DNA of 64,000 nt. It comes from Sphyrna mokarran (taxonomy: Eukaryota). The position numbers were made by a program, and so were the translations under genes. The stretch lies in assembly GCA_024679065.1 (NCBI GenBank), contig JAGIQG010000004.1, forward strand, positions 62,682,001 to 62,746,000, given 5' to 3'. The notes beneath the pieces were generated by a model. The model saw only the letters and a list, made by a program, of their open reading frames with translations, ran no database searches and was not told the DNA's origin. Shown piece by piece: positions 48,071 through 62,790 of the stretch (position 1 is the stretch's first letter; each line of letters begins with the position of its first letter).

Positions 48071-48710
48071 GCCAGGCCTCAGATACCTGTAGGAATTATT
48101 TAAACTACTACTTCCGATTTTTGAAATCACGTTTACTCTGCTTGATTAAATTGTGGTTTTCTCAATGTGCTGCAACGACATCATGCCGAACGTACTACAA
48201 CATTTGTGCCATGCTCGTTAAAAAGCTCACTGGATTTTGGTTTCCTGTTCTGTGGTATCTTTGTGCTTCCATTGCGTCATATTAATCACAGAAGCTTAGA
48301 GCAGTAAAAAGGTGAAAAGAAAAATCATTTTCTAAATTCATTTCTCTTCCAACTATTTCACTGAACTTTCAAAATGCTGAACCGAGAAAACGCCAAATTA
48401 AATAGGTAGGTGTTCTGTGGAAGAGAAAATTCAGTTTCATGGTGGAATTGACGCAAAATTCAGTTTTAATCGATGAACCAAGAAGTTATATTTCATTTTA
48501 GTTAGGTTTCAACGGAAAACGGTACATGTATAACGGTTGATCTCTGACGCTTGTCATGTCTGTTCTTGTGTAATGGAGAATTCCCGTATATCTTGACAGC
48601 CACACAAGCAGCAGATGAGACCAATTATTCGATGATTTTAAGATCTCTTCGGGCTAAACGAATCAAGGGAAACGGGACAAAGCAAGAACATGTTGAATTG
48701 GATATCGGCC

Positions 48711-51700
48711 TCAGGATAATTCGAGAGGTTGAGGAGGATATTGGCAGGAGTAACAAAGAGATAGTCACTCCTAAAAGTGATTTTTGGGTAACTATTAGGA
48801 GGACGGGTAAGAAGCAATCGGGTAGACAATACACTGGGGCTATTCCCCTCCAAAACAAATTTTCTGTCTTGGAGGCTACAGTTGAGGAAGAATCAACTGG
48901 AGATGACCAAAGGGAGCAGGTCTCTGGGGGTGAGCCTGCTGAAAATGCTCAGGTGGGTAGGGAAAATAAGAGATTGGGCCTAGTAATTGGAGACTCCATA
49001 GTTAGAGGGACAGATAGGAGAGTAAATAGTAATAAAAGTGACTCAGGGCTGGTGTGTTGCCTCCCAGGTGCTGGAGTCCAGGATGTCGCAGATCGGGTTT
49101 TTAGGATTCTTAAGGGAGAGGGGAGTCAACCCCAAGTCATAGTTCATGTAGGGACACATGATATAGGAAGGACGAGGGAAGGGGATATTAAACAGAAATT
49201 TATGGAGTTGGGGTGGAAGCTTAGGGCCACAACTGGCAGAGTGGTTATCTCTGGACTCTTGCCTGTGCCAAGGGATAGTTTAGAGAAGAACAGAGAGAGG
49301 GAATGTTTGAACTCATGGCTGCGGGGATGGTGCAGGAGGGAGGGGTTCATGTTCCTGAACAATTGGGACTCATTCTGGGATAGGTGGGACCTCTACAAGA
49401 GAGATAGTCTACACCTGAACCAGAGGGGAACTAATATCTTGGGGGGAAAATTTTCTAAGGCTATGCAGGGGGCTTTAAACTGATTCGGGGGGAGGGGTGG
49501 GATCCTAAGTAGTTGGGGTGCTAAGAGGGATGAGAGTAAGGGGGTCATAGAGGAAAGCTGTAAAACACAGCAGCGTACGGGTGGGGTAGGGCATGGTTTG
49601 AAATGCGTATACTTTAATGCAAGGAGTATTCGCAATAAGGTGGAGGAACTTGCAGCTTGGACCAGTACCTGGAACTTCGATGTTGTGGCCATTTCAGAGA
49701 CTTGGGTAGAGCATGGACAAGAATGGATGTTGCAGGTTCCGGGGTTCAAATGCTTTAGTCGGAGTACAGAAGGAGGTAGAAGGGGGGGGGAGTGGCATTA
49801 TTAGTCAAAGACTGTATCACAGTGAGAGAAAAGAAGTTTGATGAGGACTTGTCTGTTGAGGTAGTGTGGGCTGAGATTAGAAACAGGAGAGGAGAGGTCA
49901 CCCTGTTGGAAGTCTTTTATAGACCTCCTAAAAGTTCTAGAGAGGTTGAGGAAAGGATTGCCAAGTCAATTCTGGTCACGAGTGAAAGTAATAGGGTAAT
50001 TGTTATGGGGGACTTTAACTTTACTAATATTGATTGGAATAGCTATAGCTCTAGCTCGTTAGAGGGGTCAGTTTTCGTACAAAGTGTGCAGGAAGGTTTT
50101 TTGACTCAGTATGTAGAGAGGCCAACTAGAGGTGAGGCTACATTGGATTTGGTGCTGGGCAATGAGCCAGACCAGGTGTTAGGCTTGGAGGTTGGTGAAC
50201 ATTTTGGTGATAGTGACCACAATTCGGTTACGTTAACCTTAGTGATGGATAGGGATAGGCATGAAGCTGGGGGCAGTAGTTATAGCTGGGGGAAGGGTAA
50301 TTATGAGGCCATAAGGAGAGAATTAGGGTGCATAGGTTGGAGGAGTAAACTACAGGGACTGGGAACATCGGAAATGTGGAGCTTATTCAAGGAGCAGCTG
50401 CTGCGAGTCCTTGATAAGTATGTCCCTGTCAGGCAAGGAGGAAATTGTCGAGTAAGAGAACCTTGGTGTACGAAAAAAGTTAATTCGCTGGTTAAAAGGA
50501 AAAAGGAGGCTTATGTCAGGATGAGGCTTGAAGGCTCGGTTAGTGCAATGGATAGCTATAGATTAGCCAGGAGGGAGCTAAAGAGTGAGTTCAGGAGAGC
50601 TAAGAGGGGACACGAGAAGACTTGGGCTGATAGGATTAAGGAGAATCCTAAAGCTTTCTTTAGATATGTTAAGAATAGAAGATTGGTTAGGGCAAGATTA
50701 GGGCCAGTCATAGACAGCAGTGGGAAGTTGTGCGTGGAGCCTGAAGAGATTGGTGAGGCACTGAATAAGTATTTCTCTTCGGTATTCACGCAGAGTGCTG
50801 GAAATGTAGCTATGGAGAGCACTGAGGTACAGGGTTGCAAATTGGGGAGTATTGTAGTAGATAGGGAGGATGTGTTAGAAATTCTCGAGGGTTTGAAGTT
50901 GGATAAGTCCCCTGGGCGGACGGGATTTACCCTAGGATTCTCTGGGAGGCAAGAGAGGAGATTGCAGAGCCTCTGGCTCTGATCTTCAGGTCGTCGTTCG
51001 TTACGGGTGTGGTTCCGGAGGACTGGAGGATAGCGAATGTGGTCCCATTGTTCAAGAAGGGGAAGAGAGACCTTCCAGGGAATTATAGGCCAGTGAGTCT
51101 TACTTCTTTTGTGGGCAAAGTATTGGAGAGAAGTATTAGGGATAGGATTTATAGTTATTTAGAGAGAAATGAATTGATTGGGGATAGTCAGCATGGTTTT
51201 GTGAAGGGTAGGTCGTGCCTTACTAACCTCATTGAGTTTTTTGAAAACGTGACCAAAGAGGTGGATGGTGGTAAGGCGGTTGATGTGGTATATATGGACT
51301 TTAGTAAGGCGTTTGATAAGGTGGCCCATGGAAGACTTCTGCAGAAAATGCAGATGTATGGGATAGAGGGTGATTTAGCTAATTGGGTTAGGAATTGGCT
51401 AGCAGATAGAAGACAGAGGGTGGTGGTTGATGGGAGCTATTCATCGTGGAGTTCGGTGACAAGTGGTGTACCTCAGGGGTCTGTTTTGGGGCACCTGCTG
51501 TTTGTAATTTTTATAAATGATCTGGATGAGGGTATTGAAGGATGGATTAGTAAATTTGCAGATGACGCTAAAGTCGGTGGAGTGGTAGGTAGTGAAGAGG
51601 GGTGTTATAGTTTGCAGAGGGACTTGGGCAAGTTGCAGACCTGGGCCGAGAGGTGGCAAATGGAGTTTAATGTGGAAAAGTGTGAGGTAATGCACTTTGG

Positions 51701-52457
51701 CAGGAATAATAAATGTGTAGAGTATAGGGCTAATCATAGGATTCTTAATAGTGTTGATGAACAGAGGGATCTTGGTGTGTATGTGCATAGATCCCTGAAA
51801 GTAGGCAGTCAAGTCGAGAAGGTTGTTAAGTAGGCATATGGAGTCTTAGCTTTTATTGGTAGGGGGATTGAATTTCGGAGCCGCAACGTCATGTTGCAAC
51901 TGTACAAAACTCTAGTGCGGCCGCACTTGGAGTATTGTGTGCAGTTCTGGGCCCCACATTATAAGAAAGATGTGGAGGCATTGGAGAGGGTACAGAGGAG
52001 GTTTACCAGGATGTTGCCTGGTATGAAGGGCAGGTCTTATGAGGAGAGGCTGAGGGATTGAGGTTGTTTTCGTTAGAAAGGAGGAGGCTAAGAGGGGACC
52101 TGATCGAAACATATAAGATGATTAGAGGTTTAGATAGGGTGGACAGTGATAGCTTTTTTCCTAGGATGGAAAAAGCTAGCACGAGGGGACACAGCTTTAA
52201 ATTAAGGTGTGATAGTTATAGGACGGATATCAGAGGTAGGTTCTTTACCCAAAGGGTGGTTCGGGAGTGGAATGCCCTGCCTGCAGCAGTTGTAGATGCG
52301 CCAAGTTTGGTGGCGTTTTAGAGGTTAGTTGATAAGTATATGGAAGAGAAGGGAATGGTTTAGTTTGGAGGGGCATTGCTTTTTATATTGGTCGGCGCAA
52401 CATCGAAGGCCGAAGGGCCTGTTCTTTGCTGTAATGTTCTATGTTCTATGTTCTATG
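48711..52457 (+). mobile_element. Near-full-length young CR1 (ORF1 esterase + ORF2, several frameshifts/stops) inserted in an older CR1 3'UTR
   Basis: IGDS/HVGTHD/DSLHLN esterase; [17 protein letters not shown] endonuclease; RT motifs; TTCTATG tail. The flanks cggcc|atgatc rejoin as an old CR1 tail. Confidence 0.96.
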
Positions 52458-52779
52458 ATCGTAATTCTCGGCGGAGGAGACTGGAGGAGGAGAATGGTTT
52501 ACTTCTGCTCCTCTGCTCTATACTTCCAATTATATCGTAGGGGTATGGTTTGTTTTCAGTGGTTGGCGCTAGAATTCTGAAAGAAATATCACAGTTACGA
52601 AAAACTGTTAGCAATATTCTGAAGAATACATCGAGAGTTTCTTATCGCTCTCCAAAGGCTGAACAAAGAACCTTAGAATACCTATAGTGCAAAGGGAGGC
52701 CATTAGGCTCATCTGGTCTGCACCACTTTTCTGATAGAATATCCCTCGCAAGCACCAATCTACTAAGCAAATGCATGTA

Positions 52780-52980
52780 CTCGAATATATCGACCAATCT
52801 ACATATCTTGGGACAGGATGGAGCAATTCCGAATGGCTAATCAACCCAATATTTTGGACTGTAGCAGGAAAGAGGAACACTGGAGGAAACCTACTGAAAC
52901 ACAGAGAAAGTAACACACAACGCCAGTTGCACACGGGTCTTTGCAATGCTAACCGCTGTGCTCCGGGCTGCCACATGGTC
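52780..52980 (-). mobile_element. Degenerate V-SINE
   Basis: ttttggactgtagcaggaaagaggaacactggaggaaacc...gctaaccgctgtgctcc. Confidence 0.65.
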
Positions 52981-54279
52981 GTTAAAAGATAAATAATGAC
53001 AATTTTCCATTCAATGGAAACTTGATAGGCCGACGGCGTAGTCAATGAAATGGTTTGTGGTCTAAAAGGAAACAATCATCAATTCCAGAAACCGCCGATT
53101 CGGAGCCAAATAAAATGGAGGAGCTAAGTATTTTTGCGGTCATTTGACGGGAAATAATACTCACACTAATAATTATGCAACAGAATAATGGCCATATCAT
53201 GTTACGTAGCTATGGCCAGTGAAATGGTTAAATACAAACATGTGTCCTTTACGGAGTTTACTAACAAGCTTTTTTTCACAAATACAGTCCATTCAGATAA
53301 GAATGGCTATTAAGGCAAACATATTGATGATTTCTGTTTATGTTATCATTTGATGTAAGAGAGAAAGAAGAAAGAAAGATACAGAAATACTTGCCCGAGG
53401 AAAGGGCATCATGACAGATGTTCGGTTGATTTGTGTTCTGCCATTAAGACACAGCTGAAATGTTGATGCAAAGTTGAGGTAATACTCAACTGATGCAATT
53501 AAAAAACTCACGCCGAATGGATAATACAGTTAAGCAAGTGTAAGGTGAATGTGATTATTTTTTATCATCTGAGTGACATCACCTTAAACAAGAACTCTGA
53601 GTAGATGGAATTGATTCCTACGCAGTGATTGCATATGCTAATTACTTACAATCAAACTTGAAATTATCACTGGTTGTGTTTTCCTGACTTCAGCCAGTTA
53701 CAGTTTGTGACTGTGATTTTCAGGCAACCTCGCTATATAGCTTAATTTAAAAAAAACTGTTTAAGAGGACTCCGTGTTTTGGTCTGGTTGTGTGCAGGGT
53801 AAAATTGCAATCAATTAAAATGCTAACATCAAACTCCACAACAGCATGAATCGTACGGCGGGAATCACTAACCTTGTCTTTTCTCTGTAGGATCTCAGTA
53901 AATTTCCATATTATTAGACATTTTGAATTTTGATACCGAGTCAAATGCAGAGCATGAAACGTTGTCTTTTGCATATTGTTCCTAATGCGCTGCACTCAAA
54001 TATGCAATACATACGGCCAAATTTGGATAAGTTATCTGGAAGGCATGAATTCATATTTAACAAAAATATAGCTAGTTCAGAATTAGAATACAACGGCCAA
54101 CTAATCTCCTGCAAAGCAAAGATGTGATGAATATCTTGCATAATTGAGTAGTTTTTGTTGTTTGCATATTTAAAGAAAGTACACGCTGTGAGAAGAATTG
54201 CCGTATTTACCACATCATCTTTAAGTCTGGCCATGTTCTGCTTTTACGTGAAAAAGAATATTAAAAAATGAAGAATGAT

Positions 54280-54565
54280 TGAACATAAGAACATCAGAAA
54301 TAGAAGCAGGAGTAGGCCATCTAGCTCTTCGAGCATGCCCCGCCATTCAATAAGATCATGGCTGATCTGAAGTGGATCAGTTCCACTTTCCTGCTTTCTC
54401 CCCATAACCCTTAATTCTCTAGTCTATCAGAAACCTATCTAGCCGTAACTTAAATATATTCAGCGAAGTGGCCTCCACCACTTCAATGGGCAGGGAATTC
54501 CAGAGGTTCACCACCCTTTGCGTGAAGAAGTTCCTCCTCAACTCCGATCTAAACTGCTCCTCCTC
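54280..54565 (-). mobile_element. CR1 3' end (different tail family)
   Basis: gaacataagaacatcagaaatagaagcaggagtaggccat...ttcaccaccctttgcgtgaagaagttc. Confidence 0.8.
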
Positions 54566-55369
54566 TACCCGGAAAAAAAATGCCTACTTTCCAAACTATG
54601 CCGATGCTCAATGCCCTTCATACGTGAAAACACTGGTGAGTAAATCACACTTGATATCCAATCAAGGGAGGAAGGTCTTTGATGATACAATTGAACCGTT
54701 TGCCTACAGCACTCTTGTTGAAGAAGTTCTGTTGTGTTGAAGAAGAAGTCCCACGAGTTGAGTATATTGACACCCAATAACGAATACATGTTTTCCCTTT
54801 TCATCAATTATGCTCACAGTCAGAGGTGAATAACAGTTTATGCACAATCGTTTTATTTCCTTTCCATTTTAATTGTCTTATTGAGGACACACTGGGTAAC
54901 ATTTTGTTTTGATGTCAACGGTTGAGTCACTTATTTGATTGGTGGAAGACGTCCATGCTGGGATTAAAGTTGCAATGAAATCTGTGAGCTGAAAATTGTT
55001 GTGTAATTGAAACTTGCCAATACTGTCAACCACCCTTGCATTGCATGAATGGGACTATTCAATTTAGTTGTTGTTGTTCTCATTAATTCCCCCTCCCCCG
55101 CTCCCTATTTATTGTTGCAGCAAGTACATTAGCAATCTGTAAGATGCTTATACAGAAGGTCGAATTCTAGCATCAGTGAAAAATATTGACCAGAGGAATG
55201 TTTATTTAGAAATAAACGTTTTCACAAATTTGCCTGAATATCTGGGGGGGGGGGGGGGTGGGGCATTAGTTTTTATTATTTTACACCCTTCAGTTTGCAA
55301 TCATAACGAGAGAATTAACGTGGTTGAAAAATAGAATTGCTAGATTTTTCTTCATCATTTCATAAGAAA

Positions 55370-55980
55370 TGTGCGTCCGTGGATCGGTCCAGCCCTAGTT
55401 GACATTCAGAAGGTGGCTGTGAGTTGTCTTCTTGAACCATTCCAGCAACTATGAAGGAAAGGTGAACGGCTTTGAAGTCAGAATTGTGACTGACTTGGGA
55501 GCGGAACAACAAGGTTTTTGTTACCCTTGATGGTAAAGGTCGTTAGTCTGGACTGTGCCACCAAAGGACCCGTGTTGACGACCTGCAGGGCATCTTGAAG
55601 ATCGTACACGCTGCTGTCACTGTTTGTCAGTTGCGAGTGGTTTGAGCGTTTGTGTAACGGTTAGCAATCAAGCTGCTTGCTTTATCCTGGCTAGCGCAAG
55701 GTTTCTTGAGTTTTATTGAAGTAATACTCATCCAAGCAAGTGGAGAATATTCCACTATTGTCTTGCTTAATGGCTTGTATATGATGGACATGTTTGAGGT
55801 GTCGTGAGTTAATTAACTCGCTGCAGGGTTCCCAGGCGTTGTTCTGTACTGGTAGTCACAATACATACATGACGGGTCGAGTTCAGTTTCTCGTCAACGG
55901 TAAACGCCAAGATATTGCTGTTGTGGCCCAAAGTGGTGCATTCATTTTTTCGTTCATCTGGTTGAAGATCGTTGTAGACA
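55370..55980 (-). mobile_element. Degenerate non-LTR retrotransposon of a different CR1-group lineage (related remnants ~9070-9395 and ~34770-35080)
   Basis: Minus-strand EYSPLAWMS...KLKK...QDKASSLI, typical of an L2/Crack-like ORF2 C-terminus; exact clade uncertain. Confidence 0.55.
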
Positions 55981-55984
55981 ATTT

Positions 55985-58280
55985 ACATGAACAAAGACCA
56001 ATGAACATTACCGCACAGGAACAGGCCCTTCGGCCCTCCAAGCCTGCCCGTAGCATGCTCTCCGACTGAACTAAATTCTCCTACCCATCCAGGGTTCATT
56101 TCCCTTTATTTCCATCCTAGTCATGCATTTATCCAGACTCTCCTTAAAAGTCATTATAGTATCTGCTTCCACTACATCCCGGCAGCAAGTCCCACGCACT
56201 CACCACTCACTGAGGGAAATAACTTGCTCCGTACGTCTCCATTAAACGTTGCTAGTCACAGCTTAAATTTATGCTCTCTAGTAATTCACTCTTCCACCCT
56301 GGGAAAAAAGCTTCTGATTACCCACTCTTTTCATGCCCCTCATAAACCTGTAGACTTCCATCAGGTCGCCGCTCAATCTCCATCGTTCTAATTAAACTAA
56401 TGAAGTTTCTCCAGCCACTTCTCATAGTTAATGCCCTCCATAGTAGGCACCAAACTGGTAAATCTTTTACGTATCTTCCCCAAAGCTTCCATATCGTCCT
56501 GGTGCTGTAGCGACAGAGTTAAACACCATATTCTAAGTGTGACCTAACTAAGGTTCTAGAAACTGCAACATAAATTGCCAATTTTTAAACTCAATGTCCC
56601 AACCAATAAAGACAAGAATGCTGTTTGTCTTCTTGACTACTTCTTCACCTGCGTTGCCACTTTCAGTGACCCGTGTACATATACACCCGTATCCCTCTGC
56701 CTATCAATATTCTTAAGCGTTCTGCAATTTAATGTGTATTTCCCATCTGTATTAGACCTTCCAAAATACACTATCTCGCATTCGTCCGCATTAAACTCCA
56801 CCTGCCATTTTTCTGTCCAAATTCCAACCAATCTATATCCTGCTGTATTCTCTGATGGCCCTCAACAAATCTGCCAACCTTTCAATTTTCCACAAACTTA
56901 CTAATCAAACCAGTTATATTTTTCTCCACATTATTTATGTATATTAAAACAGCAAAGGTCCCAGAAGTTATCCGTGAAGAAAAGCCACATGTCATTACCC
57001 TCCATTCAGAAACGCACCCTCCCACTGTTATCTTCTGTCTTCTATGACCAAACCAGTTCTGTGTCCAAAATGCCAGCTCATCTCTGATCCCATACGGCTC
57101 ACCTTCTGTACCAGCCTGCCATGAGGGGCAGCGACCTTACTGAATCCGTGCCTACTGGACTACCCTCATCAACCTATTTCATCACTTCCTTTAAAATCTC
57201 CATCAAGTTAATGGGACACGACGTTCCCTTCGCAAAATAATGTTGCCTATTGCTAATATGTCTACTTATTTCCAAGTGCGAGTAAATCCTGTCCCGAAAT
57301 ATCTTCTTTGATAATTTTCCTACCATTGACGTAAGTCTCACCAGTCTGTAATTACCTGGATTATCCTCACTACGCTTCTTAAACAAAGGAATAACATTGA
57401 CTATTCTCCAGTCCTCTAGAATCTCCACTGTAGCCAGTGAAGTCAGAAAGATTTCTCTCAAGGCCCCAACAATTACCTTCCTTGTCTCACTCAGTATTTC
57501 GGGGTATATATCATCAGACCCTGGGGACTTGTCTACCTTAATGTTTCTCAAGACCCCCGATACCTCCTCCTCTTTGATCTCAATATGACTCAAACATCCC
57601 TTTTCCCCAGACTCGTCATCCACAAGTTTTGTTTTTCTCTCTTTGGTAAATACTGATGCAATGTACTAATTTAATAAGTCATTCATTTCCTCTGGCTCCA
57701 TGCAGATTGCCTACCAGTCCTTGAGTGGGCGAAATGTTACACTGACTATCCTCTTGCCCATTATGTATACGTAAAAAGTCTTGGGGTTTTGTTTAATCAT
57801 GTTGGCCAATGACTTTTCATTTCCTCTTTCAGCTGTCCTTACACTTTGCTTAAGTTTCTTTCTACTTCCCTTTCATTCCGCACTTGCCTCGTGAGTTCCC
57901 AGCCTCCTAGTCTTAGTACATGCTTCTTTTTTCTCTTTAACTCGGTTCACAATACCTCTTGTTATCCAAGGTTCTCAAAAATTGCCATATTTATCCTTCA
58001 TCTTCATAGGAGTATGCTGATCCTGAATTCTTATCAGATTGCACTTGAACACCTCTACACCCTCCCGCCCCCCACAGCTAGGTGCTGACTTGCCATAAAA
58101 CATCTACCTAAATCTGCATCCTTCAGTTCCTGCCTAATACCGTATAAAGCCGTCTCTCAGTTTAGCACCTTCAATTGAGGACAACACTTACCTTTATCTA
58201 TCACTACCTTAAAGCTTACTGAATTGTGGTCACTGTTCCCGAACTGCTTCCCTACTGAAATGTCGACGACCTGGCTACCT
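55985..58280 (-). mobile_element. Old CR1 ORF2, degenerate
   Basis: VDKSPGSDDIYP, NPGNYRLVRLTS, WQVEFNADEC. Confidence 0.85.
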
Positions 58281-58559
58281 CATTGTCAGTTTGCGCATGG
58301 TCATTGATTCTCCTAAATTCCCGCTAGATTTTTCATAAAATTCATCATCATTCACGATTGCTTTTGGCTGTAATTCAAAACTTTGATGTTGCCCTTTGTA
58401 CTAGTCATGCCGTTGTCGGTTAATTATAAGGCATGTTTGAAGTTTTGAATGTTAGCTTCGTTTTGCTTGTAACACATTTTCAGATATTGTTCCAGCCGAG
58501 CAGGTAGAGAGGCGATTCTTGTGAGGAGAGTTGGTCGGTAAGAATGTTGATTGTTAACT

Positions 58560-61500
58560 TACTTTTTTCGGAGTTTTTTTCAGAGCACAGGGAAGTAGAG
58601 AACCGGAAGTAGGCTGTAGAAAGAACTGGGAAGGTTTTTTTTTGTTGTTTTTGCCCAATAATTTTGAATGGAGATCAAATTCAAGATACTTCACGTGAAG
58701 TGTCTTCCACCCTTCCGTCTCCTCTAACCTGAAAAAAAACTTGAGGTGAGAGAAGGTAAGCTTTATTCCCTCTTCTTCTTTTCTGTTTTGCTTCTTAGTA
58801 AGGAAAGTTGGTAGGGATGGCAGAATAGGCAGCACAATGTTCCTCCTGCGAGATGTTTGAGGTGAGGGATATTATTAGTGCCCCAGACGAGTACATCTGC
58901 AGGGAGTGCACCCAATTCAAGCTCCTTGAAGTCCATGTTAGAGAATTAGAGCTGGAACTGGATGAACTCAGGATCATTCGAGATCAGTTGTGGAAAAACG
59001 CTACAGGGAGGTAGTTACTCCTAGAAATGAAGATATTTCGGTGACTGTTAGAAGGGGATAAGAGCCAGACGTGCAGTGATCCCCTGTGGCCATTTCTCTG
59101 TTTAACAAGTGTGCCATTTTGTTTATTGTTTTTTGGGGGGGCGGGGAGAGAGGAGTAGAACATTAATCATTGGGGAATCAACAATTAGGGAGACAAATAC
59201 GAGAATCTGTGGGAATGAAAAAGAATCACGTTTGGGGTATTGCCTCCCAGGTGCCGGGTTTCGTGATGTCTTGGTTCAATTTTTTAGAATCATTAAGGGG
59301 GAGAGGGACCAACCCCAAGTTGAGGTCCACATAGACACCACAGACATAGGTAGGAAAAGGGATGGGGATGTAAGGGATAAATTTAGGGAGTTAGATTGAA
59401 GCTTAGAGCTAGAACAAACAGAGTTATTATCTCTGTTTTGTTACTCGTGCCACGTGCCAGTGCCACGTACCAGTGAGGGAGAAAGAACAAGTGGCTACAG
59501 TGATGATGCAAGAGGAAGGGGTTCAGATACCTAGATAATTAGAGATCATTCTGGAATAGGTGGGCCTCTACAAACGGGATGGTCTACACTTGAACAAGAG
59601 GGGTACCAATATCCTGGGGGCAGAATTTGCTAATGCTCTTCGGGAGGGCTTAAACTAATTCAGCAGGGGGATAGGAACCGGAATTGTAGCCTCAGTGAAC
59701 AGAAGGTTGAGACTATGAGGTCATGAATAAGGATACAAAATCACAGCAGTGCACTGGCAGGCAGGAACGTGGTTTGAAGTGTGTCTACTTCAATGCAAAG
59801 AGCACCCAGAATAAGGTGGGTGAAATTGCAGTATTGATTGGTACCCGGGATTTCGATGTTGTGGCCATTTTGAAGACATGGATAGAGCAGGGACAGAAAT
59901 GGTTGTTGCAGTTCCGCAGTTTAGATGTTTCAGTAAGATCAGAAAAGGTGATAAGAAAGGGGGCGGTGGGCATTGTTAGTCAGGGACGATGATATTACGG
60001 TGGCAGGAAGGACTTTTGATGAGAAGGCAGTCAAGTGGATAAAGTTGTTAAGAAGGCTTATGGAGTCTTAGCTTTTATTGGTAGGGGGATTGAATTTAGG
60101 AGCCGCAGCATCATGTTGCAGCTGTACAAAACTCTAGTGCGGCCGCACTTGGAGTATTGTGTGCAGTTCTGGTCGCCACATTATAAGAAAGATGTGGAGG
60201 CATTGGAGAGGGTACAGAGGAGGTTTACCAGGATGTTGCCTGGTATGGAGGGCAGGTCCTATGAAGAGAGGTTGAAGGATTTGAGGTTGTTTTCGTTAGA
60301 AAGGAGGCGGCTAAGAGGGGATCTTATTGAAGCATATAAGATGATTAGAGGTTTAGATAGGGTGGACAGTGATAGCCTTTTTCCTAGGATGGAGAAAGCT
60401 AGCACGAGGGGACACAGCTTTAAATTAAGGGGTATGAGTTATAGGACGGATATCAGAGGTAGGTTCTTTACTCAAAGAGTGATTAGGGAGTGGAATGCCC
60501 TGCCTGCAGCTGTTGTAGATGCGCCAAGTTTGGTGGCGTTTAAGAGGTTAGTTGATAAGTATATGGAAGAGAAGGGAATGGTTTAGTTTGGAGGGGCATT
60601 GCTTTTTATTTTGGTCGGCACAACATCGAAGGCCGAAGGGCCTGTTCTGTGCTGTATTGTTCTATGTTCTATGTTCTATGTTCTAGAACTCTCCTACTGA
60701 GGTAATGTGGTCTGAGGTTAGAAACAGAAAAGGAGAAGTCACCCTTTCAGCAGTTTTCTACAGGCCTCCAAAAATTTCCAGAGCTGTAGAGGAGAGGATT
60801 GCAAAGATGAATCTGGAAAGGAGTGAAAGTAATAAGGGAATTGTAATGGGGGACTTTAAATTTACGGATATTGATTGGAGAAGCTACAGTTCGAGTACTT
60901 TAGATGGATCAATTTTTGTCTAATATGTGCACGAGGGTTTCCTGACACAGTATGCAGATAGGCCAACAAGAGGCAAGGCCACTTTGGATTTGATACTGGG
61001 TAATGAACCAGTGTAAGATTTGGAGGTAGGAGAACACTTTGGTGACAGTGACCATAATTTGGTTACATTTATATTAGATATATTCTGCAGGGCAAGAGTT
61101 ATAGCTGGGGAAAAGGATATTATGATGCAATTTGGTGAGATTTGGAGTGCGTAGGATATGGAAGGAAACTGAACGTGATGGACAAAATTGAAATGTGGGG
61201 CTTGGTCAAAAACAGCTACTGTGTGTCTTTGATACGTAGGGAGGCTGTCACGCAGGGAGGAAATGATTGAGCGAGAGAAATGAAGTTTATTAAAGAAGTT
61301 GAATTGCTTGTGAAGAGTAAAAAGGAGACTTATGTCAAAATAGGATGTGAAGGTTCAGTTAGGGCACTTGAGAGATACAAGTTATCCAGGAAGCACCTAG
61401 AGAGAGCTAAAAAAGAAGCGAGGGTGGGGGTCGGAGGTGGGGGGGGGGAGGTGACATGACAAGCGTTTGGCAGGTAGATCAAGGAAAGCTCTAAAACTTT

Positions 61501-62335
61501 CTATCGGTCAGGAATAAAATAATGACTAAGACAAGATCAGGGCCAGCCAAGAACACTAGTAGGAAATTGTGCATGAAGTCTTAAGAGATAGGAGAGGCAG
61601 TAAATGAATATTTTTCGTCGGTATTCACATAGAAAAAAGACAATCTAGGCGAGGAGAATAATAAGATAACAGGCTATAGACTAGAGGGGATTAAGGTTCA
61701 TAAGAAAGAAATATTAGCAATTCTGGAAAGTATGAAAATAAATAAGTCCCCTGGGCCAAATGGAATTTATCCAAGGATTTTCTGGGAGGCTAGAGAGGAG
61801 ATTGCAGTGACTTTGTCTTTGACCTTCAGGTCGCCATTATCTACAGGAATAGTGCCAGAGAACTGGAGGATAGAAAATGGTGTCCTCTTTGTAAGAAGGA
61901 AAATAGAGTTAATTATAGACCAGTGAGCCTTACTTCTATTATGGGCAAAGTGTTGGAAAGGGTTATAAGAAATAAGATTGTAATAATCTAGGAAGAAATA
62001 ATTTGATTAGGGATAGTAAACACTATCCTCACAAACCTTATTGAGTTCTTTGAGAAGGTGACTAAAGAGGCAGATGAGGGTGAAGCAATTAATGTGGTGT
62101 ACATGGATTTCAATAAAACATTTGATCAGGGTCCCCACGGTAAGCTTGCAGAAGACATGGAGGCATGGGATTGAGGGTCGTTTAGTTGTTTGGATCAGAA
62201 ATTGGCCAGCTGTAAGAAGACATAGGGTGGTGGTGGGGCCATGTTTGGAGTATTGCATACAGTTCTGTTCGCCACATTATAGAAAGGATGTGAAAACATT
62301 GAAAAGGGTGTAGTGGAGATTTACCAGGATGTTGT
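58560..62335 (+). mobile_element. Old full-length degenerate CR1 (5'UTR, ORF1, ORF2) containing a young CR1 3' fragment at 60026-60685
   Basis: ORF1 MAE..CSSCEMFEVRD..CRECTQ, esterase CLPGAG, NAKSTQNK; the nested 183-aa ORF (60035-60586) has its own TTCTATG tail. Confidence 0.88.
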
Positions 62336-62790
62336 AATGGGCAAATGAAACTGAAAAAAATATGTAATTGTTGAGTACGGAATCACTTGGAACTTTGAGG
62401 GAGCATATACTTCTATGGATCTCCTGCTAAAGCCTTCCTTCTTCTCTCAGAACCTGCACATTTTGACGGGCACACCCATCATGAATTGTTTGCTCCAATT
62501 TTGAATAGGTGCTTCCGAACCAGGATTTATGATTGATTTTCAAAGAAAATACTTTTGTCATACTTACTACGCAAATACTTCTTCCAGCTGAATTTGAAGC
62601 AGCACTGATTCCCCAATTGAGGAAGTAATCATGAAATAGAGCATAGAGCATTAACTCCTTAATTTGCTTGTATTTTGTTGCCCTCGTCATTGTGATTTGA
62701 GGACATGAGAGTAGAAGTCCTCTGCATTGAGACATTTTGCAATCAGAATCAATTTAAATAACATCCTGCTTTGCCCAATTTTCCCAATTT

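Noticed and set aside
48551-48710. N-terminus of the 310-aa ORF with an ITSM-like TNYSMI
   Set aside because: Chance read-through of an old CR1 3'UTR into the truncated ORF1 of the inserted young CR1.
53890-54127. Strong plus-strand acceptor and a YNGQLISCKA motif reminiscent of a C2-type Ig strand
   Set aside because: All frames from the acceptor stop early, and the other Ig core residues are missing.
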